IMG/VR virus record: IMGVR_UViG_3300023194_000002
Location: 20,210 to 84,209 of that record
DNA length: 64,000 bases
Source of the DNA: a virus
Lineage: Duplodnaviria > Caudoviricetes
Strand: one strand, 5' to 3'
How positions within the stretch are numbered: position 1 is the first letter of the stretch; every line of letters starts with the position of its first letter. The translations under genes were made by a program, and so were the position numbers. This document shows positions 37,901 through 47,999 of this stretch, piece by piece. The notes under the pieces are model-generated. The model searched no databases and was not told where the DNA came from. It saw only the letters and a program-made list of their open reading frames with translations.

Positions 37901-38842
37901 TCAGCGTTTCTTGGTTTTGGACTTCGGCGCCGCTTTCCGGCGGAAGTCCGTGTAAGTAGTGTCGGCCACGGTGTAGCCAGCGCGTGTTAGGGTGCGCTGC
38001 GTATAGCTGACGCCCGATGGCAGCACGCCTACCTCTGCATCGGCCATCGCGGACCGAAACTGCGCCTTGATTTCTTGGACTCTCTTTTCCGAGGCCTTCA
38101 CCTCGGCCTTCAGCTTTTCGCACTCGTCATCGAGCGCGAGAAAGCTCGCGTCGAGTTCGACAGCGCCCTGTCTAGAGTCCGCATACAGATGATCCAACGC
38201 CTGAAAGCTTGACTCGCTGCCGTCTGCTGGCGGCGGCGCGAGTGTCTGCACACGCCCCCAGAACTCCTCACCTGCGTGGATGATTCGTCGCATCAGAGTC
38301 TCGTCGCGCTCGATCAGATCCCACACAAACTTCTGTCCACCGATCAGGCACGCGATGCGGCACATCGGGGCTCCAGTCACCAGCATCTGCTGGTGACACT
38401 GAACGACGTGGCGCATGGGCGCCCCCTCGGTCCACTCACCATCTAGATATAGAGTGGTGGTCTTGCACTCGAGCGGTAGGCCGTCAGCGGTCTCCGCGTC
38501 GAGCGTGGCCAGCGCCCATGGGTGCTCGACAGACTGCAGTAGCAGTCCATGCATCTGATGCCGGATTCCGGTGCGCCGGGAAAACTCAGCAGCGACGATA
38601 GGCTCTAACACATGGCCCCAGTGGGCCGCCTCTGACTCTTCATCAGCGTCGATCGGAACTGCGCCGACCTTGCGCGCGTACACGTGCAGTGCGCTCTCCC
38701 AGCGATTTTCTCCGAGGATTGCGGGCATTTCGGATGCGCCGATTCCGGACTGACGTAGACCTAGCCACTCGTCGCGGTCGGTGCTGCTGCCCAGGACCCT
38801 GTATGGTACGACGGGCTCAGCTGATAGAGCTGCAGCTGTCAC
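37901..38842 (-). CDS. YqaJ-like viral recombinase (lambda-exonuclease family)
   Basis: EWLGLRQSGIGASE, WGHVLEP, ATLD, LECKT, QCHQQMLVTG. Confidence 0.92.
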   Translation of the reverse strand: MTAAALSAEPVVPYRVLGSSTDRDEWLGLRQSGIGASEMPAILGENRWESALHVYARKVGAVPIDADEESEAAHWGHVLEPIVAAEFSRRTGIRHQMHGLLLQSVEHPWALATLDAETADGLPLECKTTTLYLDGEWTEGAPMRHVVQCHQQMLVTGAPMCRIACLIGGQKFVWDLIERDETLMRRIIHAGEEFWGRVQTLAPPPADGSESSFQALDHLYADSRQGAVELDASFLALDDECEKLKAEVKASEKRVQEIKAQFRSAMADAEVGVLPSGVSYTQRTLTRAGYTVADTTYTDFRRKAAPKSKTKKR

Positions 38843-39107
38843 GGCTGCCCCCCTTTGCTCGGATGCGTGACATCGGAGCGCGCATATGTCTGACTGGTAG
38901 ATGCGAGGCTATCGAACGGGCAAGGCTCCCACGGGCCCATCCCGGTGTGCTTGTACTCGTCGTTGAGCGCCTCTAGCGCCCACAACATTGTCTCGTCAAC
39001 AATCTCCCAATGCCACAGGGCGCCGAAGTGAGGATCCGCCTCGGAGACAACGCCCCCGGCCTCGACGACCGCCTGTGCCGCCGCACCGGACAGTAATTCT
39101 CGCTCGC

Positions 39108-39419
39108 TCATGGCTGCACCTCGATGAGGGTGAGCAACGTCGTGAGCAGTGCCATCGCGCCAGCCTCGCCGCGATGAATGACAGACGCTGGGCCTGGAAC
39201 TGCTCCAGAGGACTGCAGCCCCCGCAGCCAATCGCGAGCTTCAAGCGCGGCTTGAGTACCGCGTAGGCGCGGCGCGATGCCAGCATAGTGGAGATGCTCC
39301 GCGGATTCCTCCGCGTCTAGCAGACCCTCGCACAGCGCGCGGATCTGCTGTTGGTGAAGCGATGTCAGTCGGTCAAGGGCCTCCGCCCAGTCGACCATGC
39401 GGATCACGGGCTTGGTCAC
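39108..39419 (-). CDS. Hypothetical protein
   Basis: Coupled ORF between the pentapeptide gene and the recombination genes. Confidence 0.45.
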   Translation of the reverse strand: MTKPVIRMVDWAEALDRLTSLHQQQIRALCEGLLDAEESAEHLHYAGIAPRLRGTQAALEARDWLRGLQSSGAVPGPASVIHRGEAGAMALLTTLLTLIEVQP

Positions 39420-40084
39420 GGCACCACCTCAGCGGCCTTCGCGGCCTCGATCTCACGCTCCGCGCACGCGCGGATATCCGCAAGCGCAACCTCATTATCG
39501 ATCGCGCTGAAGTCCGGCACGCGCTCCATCCACGGGCACGATGCGAGATGGATGAGAGCACCCGCGGCGCCCGGGCCGATCTTGGCCTCAAGCGCGTACC
39601 CAGCCTCACCGGCTAGATGGATGGCCCATCCCGCGCGGCAATGCGTGGTGCTGCATGCTGGCTCACTCGCCTCGTTATGCCAGCTGCCCATGTCGAGGCC
39701 TGCAGCCTCGGCGCCGATTGCCTCGAGCATCCGCTGGTGCAGACGCTCAACAACTGGGATGCCGTTGAGGTTCGCGCCGCTGAGGTACGCGCCGTTGAGG
39801 CTCGCGCCGCTGAGGTTCGCGCCGTCGAGGTCCGCGCCGTTGAGGTACGCGCCGATGAGGTACGCGTCTCTGAGGTTCGCGCCGTTGAGGTTCGCGCCGC
39901 TGAGGTTCGCGTCTCTGAGGTCCGCGCCGTCGAGGTCCGCGCCGTTGAGGTACGCGCCGATGAGGTACGCGCCGCTGAGGTTCGCGTCTCTGAGGTTCGC
40001 GCCGCTGAGGTTCGCGCCGTCGAGCGTATCCGCATCAACAGTCATCAGGACCAACCCGGTCCATCGGTGTTTGATCTCAATCAT
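39416..40084 (-). CDS. Pentapeptide-repeat protein
   Basis: About 17 A(N/D/Y)LxG repeats encoded by 15-bp tandem repeats (about 39770-40023); C-terminal TTHCRAGW domain. Confidence 0.9.
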   Translation of the reverse strand: MIEIKHRWTGLVLMTVDADTLDGANLSGANLRDANLSGAYLIGAYLNGADLDGADLRDANLSGANLNGANLRDAYLIGAYLNGADLDGANLSGASLNGAYLSGANLNGIPVVERLHQRMLEAIGAEAAGLDMGSWHNEASEPACSTTHCRAGWAIHLAGEAGYALEAKIGPGAAGALIHLASCPWMERVPDFSAIDNEVALADIRACAEREIEAAKAAEVVP

Positions 40085-40534
40085 ATCTCACGCTCCAATC
40101 AAAACAATTATCGGTAAAAGACACCGCGCAAAGCGCCAGGCCGGTAAACCTCCTGGCAAATCGCGCGTAGCGCCTGCACGCTCTGCGGCGGTGTCTGAGT
40201 CTCGTGGTCAGTCCTCGCTATCCTCGTCCTCATCGTGATCGCCGTAGTCGGCATCAAGCTCGTCATCGGGCTCGACCTCTGCGTCGAGCACAGGCGCCTT
40301 GACGATGGGGATCTCTACGGTCGCGTCGGGGTCAACGGTATGAGTGTCGGTATCGCTGTGCATAGTCATAGCGCTAGTCTCCTCTGTGTGAGTGAATCGA
40401 GCTGCGAGCGCTCGAGGTGACGATCCAGGAATCCACCGGACACGGTGTTTGCAGTCTCAACTCCGCAACCCGCGCCGGGTTGAGATATTGGCCCTTGGGT
40501 CGCCACCTCCAGAGCTCGCGCGCTGGAGCAAAAT

Positions 40535-40921
40535 TCAGAACTGTACAGCCAACGCGATCTGCGGGTACTCCCGCCAGCCGCGGAAACGGAACACCTTCAC
40601 GACGCGGACGCTGCCGTCAGGCTGCGTCTGCTCGTCAGATACACGCTCCGTGGTGCTGGCTACGGGGATAATCCCGCGCGCCTGCAGAAGCGCTACGACT
40701 GCGGTGACGAAGGTCGGCTCGCCCTGCACCATCGCGTAAGCGTGGCCATCTGGTAGGGACGCGACCAGCTCGCGCGCCGCTGCTAACACGTCGGAAGTCG
40801 TGGCCTCTGGGCCAATCTCCGGGTGGCTGACGTCTACGACATCGCCAACAACAGCCTCTTCGTGGTCGAGCGGGCCAACCCCGCGCGACTCGCACAGCTG
40901 CCTGTAATCCTCGTATGTCAC
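40535..40921 (-). CDS. Csx20/Csx16-like (CARF-related) protein, candidate ring nuclease
   Basis: VVDVSHPEIGPEAT...MVQGEPTFVTAVVALLQARGIIPVASTTER...E...DG...VFRFRGWREY matches the recalled Csx20 pattern (QGDFG..., P-x-x-STT-x-R, DG, F-x-x-x-x-F/W-R-x-Y). Confidence 0.6.
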   Translation of the reverse strand: MTYEDYRQLCESRGVGPLDHEEAVVGDVVDVSHPEIGPEATTSDVLAAARELVASLPDGHAYAMVQGEPTFVTAVVALLQARGIIPVASTTERVSDEQTQPDGSVRVVKVFRFRGWREYPQIALAVQF

Positions 40922-41382
40922 ACGCCATCTCCCGCGCCGCTTACAGCGACCGCATACGCTGCGCGCGCCTGCATCTCATTCTTGATGATGTACTTCTTCT
41001 CCCGGCCCTTGGCCGGGGTCACGTAGACCGCCCACGTGTTGGCGATCTCGTTTCGCATGAGGTGGACCGTCGCGCGGTCTCCTCTGTATATGTCTGCTGT
41101 GTAGATGCGCTGGTCCATCTCGCCTCGCTCTCCATCGCGCCGCGTTGATGGGTGGAGCATGGGACGTTTGAGACTGGACGTCAACGTCCATACGTCATTT
41201 TTTTTCGGCGACCGCCCTGGCGCCACGATTCGGCCACTTCCGACGGTCGTGTGCGTCAACCGGCGATGGGTGAGCACCGCGCGCTAACCGCTCGTCTGCG
41301 CGAAAAATATGGGCGGAGCGTCAGATCTCTCTGGATCGCAGCGGTCCGATCGTCGATCGTCCGCGCACTATAGGAGGGCATT

Positions 41383-41931
41383 GTGGCGCTAGGTAAATGT
41401 CGCGAGTGCGGTGTTGAGGTTAGTTCAGAAGCGAAGACGTGTCCGAAGTGTGGGATAAAAACACCGATCCGCACAACGCGATGGATCCGATTTTCTATCA
41501 TCGGAATCCTCGGCGGGCTTTGGATGATTGGCGCAATAGTCTCGAAGGAGACAGCAAATCTCTCGACGGCGTCCGGATCTTCATCCGCATACGAATCGGC
41601 AGAATCTGCAAAGACACCGTTGGTCGTGCCCATACGCGCGCTACTCAATGCGTACAAGGCAAATGAGGTTAGCGCTGACGCACAATATAAAAAGCGCCTC
41701 GTTCAGACCACGGGCGTCGTCTCGAAAGTTGCGAAGGACATCCTCGACAAGATCTATGTGACACTCGGAACGGGGGCTCGTTTCGAGATCCCGGAAGTGC
41801 AGTGTTTCTTTTCGGATTCGGACGCGAGCGCAGTTGGCCAGCTGCGACCGGGGCAGCAGATTACGGTCCAAGGACGTGTGCACGGCAAGATGATGAACGT
41901 CATCGTGCGCGATTGCGCATTAGCACAATGA
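41383..41931 (+). CDS. Zinc-ribbon + TM + OB-fold (tRNA_anti-like) protein
   Basis: CRECG...CPKCG; LLNAYKANEVSADAQYKKRLVQTTGVV...VQCFF...GQQITVQG. Confidence 0.8.
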   Translation: MALGKCRECGVEVSSEAKTCPKCGIKTPIRTTRWIRFSIIGILGGLWMIGAIVSKETANLSTASGSSSAYESAESAKTPLVVPIRALLNAYKANEVSADAQYKKRLVQTTGVVSKVAKDILDKIYVTLGTGARFEIPEVQCFFSDSDASAVGQLRPGQQITVQGRVHGKMMNVIVRDCALAQ

Positions 41932-41941
41932 ATTGCTGCGC

Positions 41942-42466
41942 TCACGGCGACGGCCGCGGATCGATATCGGACAAACGGTCGCGCCGAGCTCGCAGATCCG
42001 CGAGCCGACGCACAACCGCGAACTCGTGCACATCGTACCGCTGCGCGAGCTCGCGGATTGGCCGCGCTGTATTGATCGACCATGCAGGCATGAGCAGAGC
42101 GCGTCCCATTCGCTGCGCCGTCATGTGATCCACCTGCATATCTCGCTGATACAGCCACCAGCACGCAATGAGATGCGCGATGCGCTCCCGACACTGGCGA
42201 GCATCGAATCGAGAGTCGTACCGGATCGTATGCAGCGCAAGCATTGCTCCGCCCGGGACATGAGACGTTAACGGCACGAGATCGAGCCCATACGCCTCCG
42301 CCATGGCGAACACGTCCACGGGTAGGGTCGTGACGCTTAGCTCGTCTAACAGCTCACGAGCGAGCGCCTCCGGATCCGCTTCTATTTTAGAAGAATCGAT
42401 ACAGGCCAATGCACACCAACCAAGCGAGAGGATTAGCCTACGGCTATCCGTCACGCCTGTCTGCAA
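41942..42466 (-). CDS. ImmA/IrrE-like metallopeptidase fold, catalytic motif degenerate
   Basis: LPVDVFAMAEAYGL, RERIAHLIAC (HExxH lost), RALLMP; directly downstream of the repressor. Confidence 0.65.
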   Translation of the reverse strand: MQTGVTDSRRLILSLGWCALACIDSSKIEADPEALARELLDELSVTTLPVDVFAMAEAYGLDLVPLTSHVPGGAMLALHTIRYDSRFDARQCRERIAHLIACWWLYQRDMQVDHMTAQRMGRALLMPAWSINTARPIRELAQRYDVHEFAVVRRLADLRARRDRLSDIDPRPSP

Positions 42467-42533
42467 TGACCTTGCAAGTTTGAACGCTTATCGAGGCAAC
42501 GATGTGCGTTCGGCGTCGACATCAGACCGCATA

Positions 42534-43265
42534 CTATTTCTTTGCGCGCTTCGCGGTTGAAGTAAATTCTGGCTTTTTTTTGCGATACTTAGGCGCAGGA
42601 ACTGCAACTGTAGGCGGCGTTCTGACGTCAGCTAATATCTGGTCCAACACCTCGGACGTCACAGCACTGCCGTCTGCAATAAACGTCGCTCGCGCCCGTC
42701 GCCGGACCTCTTGCCGTTGTACCTCGGTGGCGCGTCGTGCTTCAGCCGAATGGAGCCATGCGGACCAAACGTCCTCATCGAGGGTCGAGCGCGTATGTGT
42801 CATTGGCGGTGGTAAAATAGCAGGTGAACCCGTAGCTCCGCCGCTCGCATCTGACCCAGACTGCGCCGCCGCCAATAGATGGAGCAGCGCCATCGTGCTC
42901 GGGATGCCGTTGAGCCGTGTGGCCATTTCTGCCACACACGCAATTTCACTCGGATCAGCTCGTTGAGCCTCGGGTGTTTGGGTGAATCCCAGCCAGTACG
43001 GGTTCTGCGCGATCATAGCTGCCGCGCTCGACCCTGCCTCCATCCTGGGCCCATCTGCCAGCCAGTCTTCGCTCACTCCAAATTTGAGCGCGAGCTTCTT
43101 TAGCAATTCTCGGCGTGCACCATGCTGGTCGCTCTCAAGCCTGACAATTGTTTTCAGGGTTACGTTAATATCCCTGGCGAGCGCCTCCTGCGTCATCTTT
43201 GACTTGGCGCGTAACATGCGCAGTCGCTTACCCAGCGTGTCGGCTTGATCGTCAGATTTGCTCAT
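42534..43265 (-). CDS. CI-like XRE repressor
   Basis: LGKRLRMLRAKSKMTQEALARDINVTLKTIVRLESD...LALKFGVSEDWL; divergent from cro. Confidence 0.9.
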   Translation of the reverse strand: MSKSDDQADTLGKRLRMLRAKSKMTQEALARDINVTLKTIVRLESDQHGARRELLKKLALKFGVSEDWLADGPRMEAGSSAAAMIAQNPYWLGFTQTPEAQRADPSEIACVAEMATRLNGIPSTMALLHLLAAAQSGSDASGGATGSPAILPPPMTHTRSTLDEDVWSAWLHSAEARRATEVQRQEVRRRARATFIADGSAVTSEVLDQILADVRTPPTVAVPAPKYRKKKPEFTSTAKRAKK

Positions 43266-43305
43266 GGTGTCGCGGACATTTCTGCGATACCTAGCACGGA
43301 TCAAG

Positions 43306-43372
43306 GGACGTTTTAGGGTAGACGTTTAGCCGTGCCGTTGACGTATGGACGTTATCGTCTCACAATGCCTGC
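43306..43372 (+). promoter_or_regulatory. Lysis-lysogeny switch region with rightward promoter
   Basis: TTGACG(43338)-N17-CACAAT(43361); four GACGT(T/A) motifs; cro GTG 7 nt after the -10 box. Confidence 0.6.
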
Positions 43373-43618
43373 GTGAAAAACGAAACGCCCACGCTCGGTG
43401 AGCGCGTTCGCGCGCGAAGGCTTGAGCTAGGAATCAGTCAAGAGGAGCTGGCCGTTCGCTCGCAGCTGCGAGCGAAGTCGATATTAAGGATCGAGGCGGG
43501 CGCGGACCCGCGTTCGTCCAACCTACGTCGGATCGCTGCCGTGCTGGGGGTGACATCTGACTGGTTGCTCGCCGGCACTGACCCTCGGCCTCGTATCCGC
43601 CGCGAGGCAGCAGCATGA
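43373..43618 (+). CDS. Cro-like XRE regulator
   Basis: LGERVRARRLELGISQEELAVRS...IEAG...IAAVLGVTSDWLL. Confidence 0.88.
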   Translation: MKNETPTLGERVRARRLELGISQEELAVRSQLRAKSILRIEAGADPRSSNLRRIAAVLGVTSDWLLAGTDPRPRIRREAAA

Positions 43619-44855
43619 ATACCCCGATCAGGGTGATGCTCAGCCCCACCGAGCACATCGACATCGAGCCCTGCGCCGTGACCCGCGAGTTCGCGGTGCA
43701 TCGACCAACGCTGCACATCACGCACGCGCATATCCCAGCGGTGGCGGAGCGCAGGGAGCGCATGATCGCGGTACTCCGCGAGCAAAGCCGATTCGTCGGA
43801 TCCAGCCCCGCCTTCGCAGGCTGGACAGTGTCGCATCTACCGTCGGGTCTGTTGGTGCTGCACTGCGAGACGCGCACGGCTGCATGTGCAGCGTTAGCGG
43901 CACTAGCGCCGCTGACAGGCATTGCCCAGTGCTTTGGCGCTAAATGTTCGGCCGCGGAGGTCGTGCGTATACAGGCTGCGCTTGACCCGCTCGGGATGGT
44001 TGTCGCCGGCAGCTGGCAGCAGCTCCAACCAGCTGCCGCGGAGGTCCACCCATGAGAGAGCTCGAATATTATTCAGCGCACGAAATCGTGCAGCTGAGCA
44101 CGCTCGCGAGCATTGCCGCGCATGTGATGCGGACGGACAAACCGATGCCGCTGACTGCTGAGGAATCCTCAGCCCTCTATAAACTGCTGATTCGCTTCTT
44201 CGCGCGCATCCGCGCGGAGACGACCAACCCTAACGAACTGCAGGCCCTCCTATCGGAGGGCACCGCGAAGGCCGCTGTCCGCATCGCAGACGCAGTGGAG
44301 GTGCCTCATGGAGCATGAGGACGAGCTCATGCAGGCACAGCTCAGCGGCGCCCATGGGCGCGATTCGTGGGCGCCTCCGCCTCCGCGCAGTCGCGTGGCG
44401 CAAGTCCTTTCCGACGCTGTGCTCGTCGTCACGACGGTCGCGTGTGTATTGGCACTCGATATCCTCGAGCGCGTGGAGGGCCGACCATGACCGAGCAGGC
44501 CGTCCACATCTGGATCCGCGGCTCCGAAGGTCTCCGGCGCGAGACCGTGCTCGCATTCGCGCGCATCGGGGATTGGTGCGTCCATCAGCCATTCGCCGGA
44601 CCAGCTGGATACGAGGTTACCCATATCTGGTCAGGCACCTCTGTAGTCCACTGCTCGACGCTACACGCTGCCTACGCCGCGATGTATGCGCTGGAGCCGC
44701 TGCGCGACATCTCGCGCCCCGACCACGGCGGGAAATTCGACCCGAAGGCCGCGCAGCGTCAGCGCGAGGACCTGCAGCGCATCACTGACGCATTGGCAGC
44801 CATCGGCATGCAGGCCGGTGGCCAATGGCAGGTCGCCAAGGCGGTGGAGCCATGA
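43615..44855 (+). other. Hypothetical early-right genes (43615-44055, 44052-44318, 44308-44490, 44487-44855)
   Basis: ATGA-coupled chain; 43615 and 44487 share an F...GWTVSH/GYEVTH...SG-like motif. Confidence 0.55.
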
Positions 44856-45103
44856 GCAGGCTACATGCATCTACGCTGCGTGAGTGCGAGCGCGTCATTA
44901 TCGCGCGTGCGTTGATCGCGCACGGTCATAACCGCACGCATACAGCGCACGCTCTCGGCATCTCGCGGCGGACTCTCCTCAACCGTATTCGCGACCTGCA
45001 TTTAATTGCGCGCGCGGATGTCCATCGCGCGGCAGGTGAGACGCCGTTAGACGATTTCGATTTCGCGGCGCCAATCGAGCCCGCGCTGGAGGTATCGCGG
45101 TGA
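44852..45103 (+). CDS. Fis-family HTH protein
   Basis: ERVIIARALIAHGHNRTHTAHALGISRRTLLNRI. Confidence 0.85.
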   Translation: MSRLHASTLRECERVIIARALIAHGHNRTHTAHALGISRRTLLNRIRDLHLIARADVHRAAGETPLDDFDFAAPIEPALEVSR

Positions 45104-45666
45104 GCGCAAACCCTCCTAACGCTGTGTTCAATGCGTATGAGACAGCGGCGCTGCGAGCAGGCATATCTGCAGTCCGCTGGCTCACGAGCCGTGCCGCGTG
45201 CGAGCGTGCAAGCAAGCTAGCGCAGTCTGACGTGGACAGTGAGATTCGCGCCGGCAACCGTCCGACGTGTCCGCTGTGCGGGCTGACTGTCGAGTCCGGG
45301 AGCGTGCGCGTGAGCTTCAGGCCGATGCCCGGGCAACGCCGCGCCGAACTCCACATCCTGCATGCATGCGAGGCGAAGCCATGAGCCAATGCGTCGAATC
45401 CGCCATCACGCCCGGCGAAGTCCTGCACTGGCTCGGAGCGCTGATGCTCTTCACCAGCGCGATTATCTTCGTGGCGGCATGGATTATCGACCGTCGCAAC
45501 GCTGGGTCTACCGCTCGCAGCTCACGGCTGCGCGGTAGTCCGAGCGCTGAGCGGTCTATCCCACCGGCTCGTGCTCGCGAGGGTGCGGCCCCGTACGTCT
45601 CCAATCCGGGGTCGCGCCGCTCGCCCTAACCCACTCGCACTAACACTTCAGAACCGCACTATCTTT

Positions 45667-46305
45667 ATGAGGAAACGCATGGCTAATAGGACTGAGACTC
45701 GCACGCTCCCGGTGCAGTTGACCGAGGAGGAACTCATTGCCCGCGGCAAAGACATGGCCACGGCTGAGGTTCAAATCGAGCTCCTCGAGGAGGAGAAAAA
45801 GCCGATCGTTGAGGCGATCAACGATTGCAAAAAGAAGCGCAATGTCCTTGCGCATACCATCAAATTAGGCACCGAGGATCGCGCCGTCCGTTGCGAGTGG
45901 CAGCCGGACTATGAGGAGAGGATCTTGCGACTCGTGCGTGTCGATACGGGAGTCGAGATCGACATCCGCAAGATGAACGACGCTGACCTGCAGCGGTCGT
46001 TAGACGAGATCGACGACAACCATGAGGTCAGACTGGACTTCGACGGTCAGGGCAACATCAAGCCCCGTATTTCGAAGAAAAAGCCCGGCGAGCCCGTCAT
46101 CGACACGACTGGGGACGCCGTCGACGACCGCCCAGAGGACTGGGACGACATCCCGTTCGGCGACTCACAGGTTGACCAAGGCCCGCCCAAGAAGCGCGGA
46201 CGCGGCCGTCCGAAGGGCGCGAAGAACAAGCCCAAGGGCCCGCCGCTGTTAGGCCCGGGCGAGCACGTTGACCCGCTCGAGGGCGAGGACGCAGCTGAGG
46301 AATGA
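45667..46305 (+). CDS. Hypothetical protein (coiled-coil N-terminus, acidic/AT-hook-like C-terminus)
   Basis: LPVQLTEEEL...; KKRGRGRPK; start within ORF 45571. Confidence 0.55.
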   Translation: MRKRMANRTETRTLPVQLTEEELIARGKDMATAEVQIELLEEEKKPIVEAINDCKKKRNVLAHTIKLGTEDRAVRCEWQPDYEERILRLVRVDTGVEIDIRKMNDADLQRSLDEIDDNHEVRLDFDGQGNIKPRISKKKPGEPVIDTTGDAVDDRPEDWDDIPFGDSQVDQGPPKKRGRGRPKGAKNKPKGPPLLGPGEHVDPLEGEDAAEE

Positions 46306-46362
46306 GCTCGGCGTTCGTTTGTAAGCGTTTGACAGCGCTTTGGACTGCGGATAGAGGCGCGA

Positions 46363-46590
46363 GTGGAAGCTGAGAATCTACATCCAGAATTGCAGGACCT
46401 CGCGGATGCGTTGCCGCCGGTGTTTGGGCTGGCGAAGCTCGCGGAGGTCACCGCAATCCCAGTGCGTACCTGGCGCTGGCGTATCAGCGCTGGACGCCTG
46501 AAGACATCTGGCCGCGACGGGCAGTTCGTCCTGATCAGCCGGCGAGCGGTGTTGGACTACTATGCTCGGTGCGGCCTGGGTGCGGAGTGA
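46363..46590 (+). CDS. Excisionase-like HTH protein
   Basis: LAKLAEVTAIPVRTWRWRISAGRL...FVLISRRAVLDY. Confidence 0.7.
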   Translation: MEAENLHPELQDLADALPPVFGLAKLAEVTAIPVRTWRWRISAGRLKTSGRDGQFVLISRRAVLDYYARCGLGAE

Positions 46591-46961
46591 TCGCATGGCG
46601 CCGCCGCGTGGTGCTCGGCGCCGGTCGTTAGACCCCGGAAATGAAAAAGCCGCCTGGCAGGGCGGCTCGGTCACGAACGAAACAATGAACAACAAACAGA
46701 AACTGGAGTCGAGATGACAGACGCCGAATATATAAGCCCAGCCGCGCCGAAAATCAAGCGGCCCACCTCCTACGCGGTAGACGAAGTCGCAGCGCTGCTT
46801 CGTGCAGATGTCGACCGCGTGAAGTCGTGGGCCGAAGAACATGGCGCAGATGAGTGGTTGCTTACCGCTGGCCAGGTGGCCCAGCTCGCCAAGGACCTGC
46901 GCACGTCAAAGCGTGGACCCGTCAGACCTTACCGCGCCGATGAGGCGCAGGAGCTTATCTA

Positions 46962-47999
46962 GTGACTTGGGCAAAACTTGACGATCAGTTCCACGATCAC
47001 CCAAAGGTTGAATCATGCTCGTTCGCAGCGCGCGGACTGTGGGCCACTGCGCTTAGCTGGTGCGTCGACCGCCTAACAGATGGGTTCGTTCCGAACGCGT
47101 GGCTGCGTACGCACGAAGCTCCGCAGGAGCTGGCTGATGAGCTCGTCTCGGCCGGTCTATGGGAACCCACAGGCAAGGGCTACCAGTTTCATGACTGGGC
47201 TGATTACCAGCCCATGAAGGCCGACGTGATGGTCAAGCGTGCAGCTGACCGGGATCGGCACAAGCGGTCATACAGACACAAAAGGACTGCACCGCCTGAC
47301 CCCGGTGATTCATCCGAAAATTCTCCTCGCGGAGAAAACACGGAACTCCAGTATGAATCCGCGCGGAGATCGCGCGGAGAAATCGCGGATCTCCGCGCGG
47401 ATTCCGAAAATTCTCCGCGCAGATTCCCGGGTACGGGAACGGGAGATCTTCTTAACTCTTCCCATCCTGCAGAAGATTTAAGATCCAACCCTTCTTGCTC
47501 GCCTGCCTCTTCCCATCCTGTAGCGGGCGAGCAGGCGTGCGATGAAACTTCGGCTGGAGAACCTCTAGATCCAGCCCCCGAGAATCGCTCCCTGTGCCTC
47601 GTGGTGGACCGCACGGCTCCCGTTGAGTCCGCAGACGAAAGGTCGGGCAGACGAGGCAGACAGCGGCTGCTAGACGCCTCAGCCTTTGCGTTAGACTTCA
47701 GCCATGCTGGCCAATGGCGGCCCCACCTCATCGAGATCGGCAATGTCAGCGATGCCGAGTGGCCAGCCATTGCGGCCATCATCCAGCGCGAGCTGAACAG
47801 CGGACGCAAGAGCAGGCTCACGCCAAAGAGCATCGCCGATCGGCTCCACGTGTATCGCCAGGGACGATCCCCCGGGGACCCGATCGAGCGCGCTTCGCAT
47901 GAAGCCAAGCCCCCGGCGTCAGCCCGCGGTCGCAAGTGGAACCCTGGCGGCGTGTCTTCCCGCGAGGAGCATCTCGCAGACGAGGCGGTGGCGTTTTGA
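46962..47999 (+). CDS. Replication initiator / replisome organiser
   Basis: MTWAKLDDQFHDHPKV...GLW...LTDGFVP...LVSAGLW...YQFHDWADYQP; followed by a loader ATPase. Confidence 0.8.
   Translation: MTWAKLDDQFHDHPKVESCSFAARGLWATALSWCVDRLTDGFVPNAWLRTHEAPQELADELVSAGLWEPTGKGYQFHDWADYQPMKADVMVKRAADRDRHKRSYRHKRTAPPDPGDSSENSPRGENTELQYESARRSRGEIADLRADSENSPRRFPGTGTGDLLNSSHPAEDLRSNPSCSPASSHPVAGEQACDETSAGEPLDPAPENRSLCLVVDRTAPVESADERSGRRGRQRLLDASAFALDFSHAGQWRPHLIEIGNVSDAEWPAIAAIIQRELNSGRKSRLTPKSIADRLHVYRQGRSPGDPIERASHEAKPPASARGRKWNPGGVSSREEHLADEAVAF
47313..47470. repeat. Iteron-like repeats (putative replication origin) inside the initiator gene
   Basis: TCCGAAAATTCTCC x2 (47313, 47403); CGCGGAGA direct x3 and inverted x2; adjacent T-rich tract. 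Confidence 0.6.

Noticed and set aside
39351-40238. Plus-strand and alternate-frame ORFs with STARTS / RFAPL / EVRA repeats
   Set aside because: Shadows of the 15-bp pentapeptide repeat; only the minus-strand A(N/D)LxG frame is a known family
40535-40921. AcrIII-1 (DUF1874) ring nuclease
   Set aside because: Lacks the LxNAFSxNM and GHxxT motifs; the pattern fits Csx20/Csx16-like proteins instead
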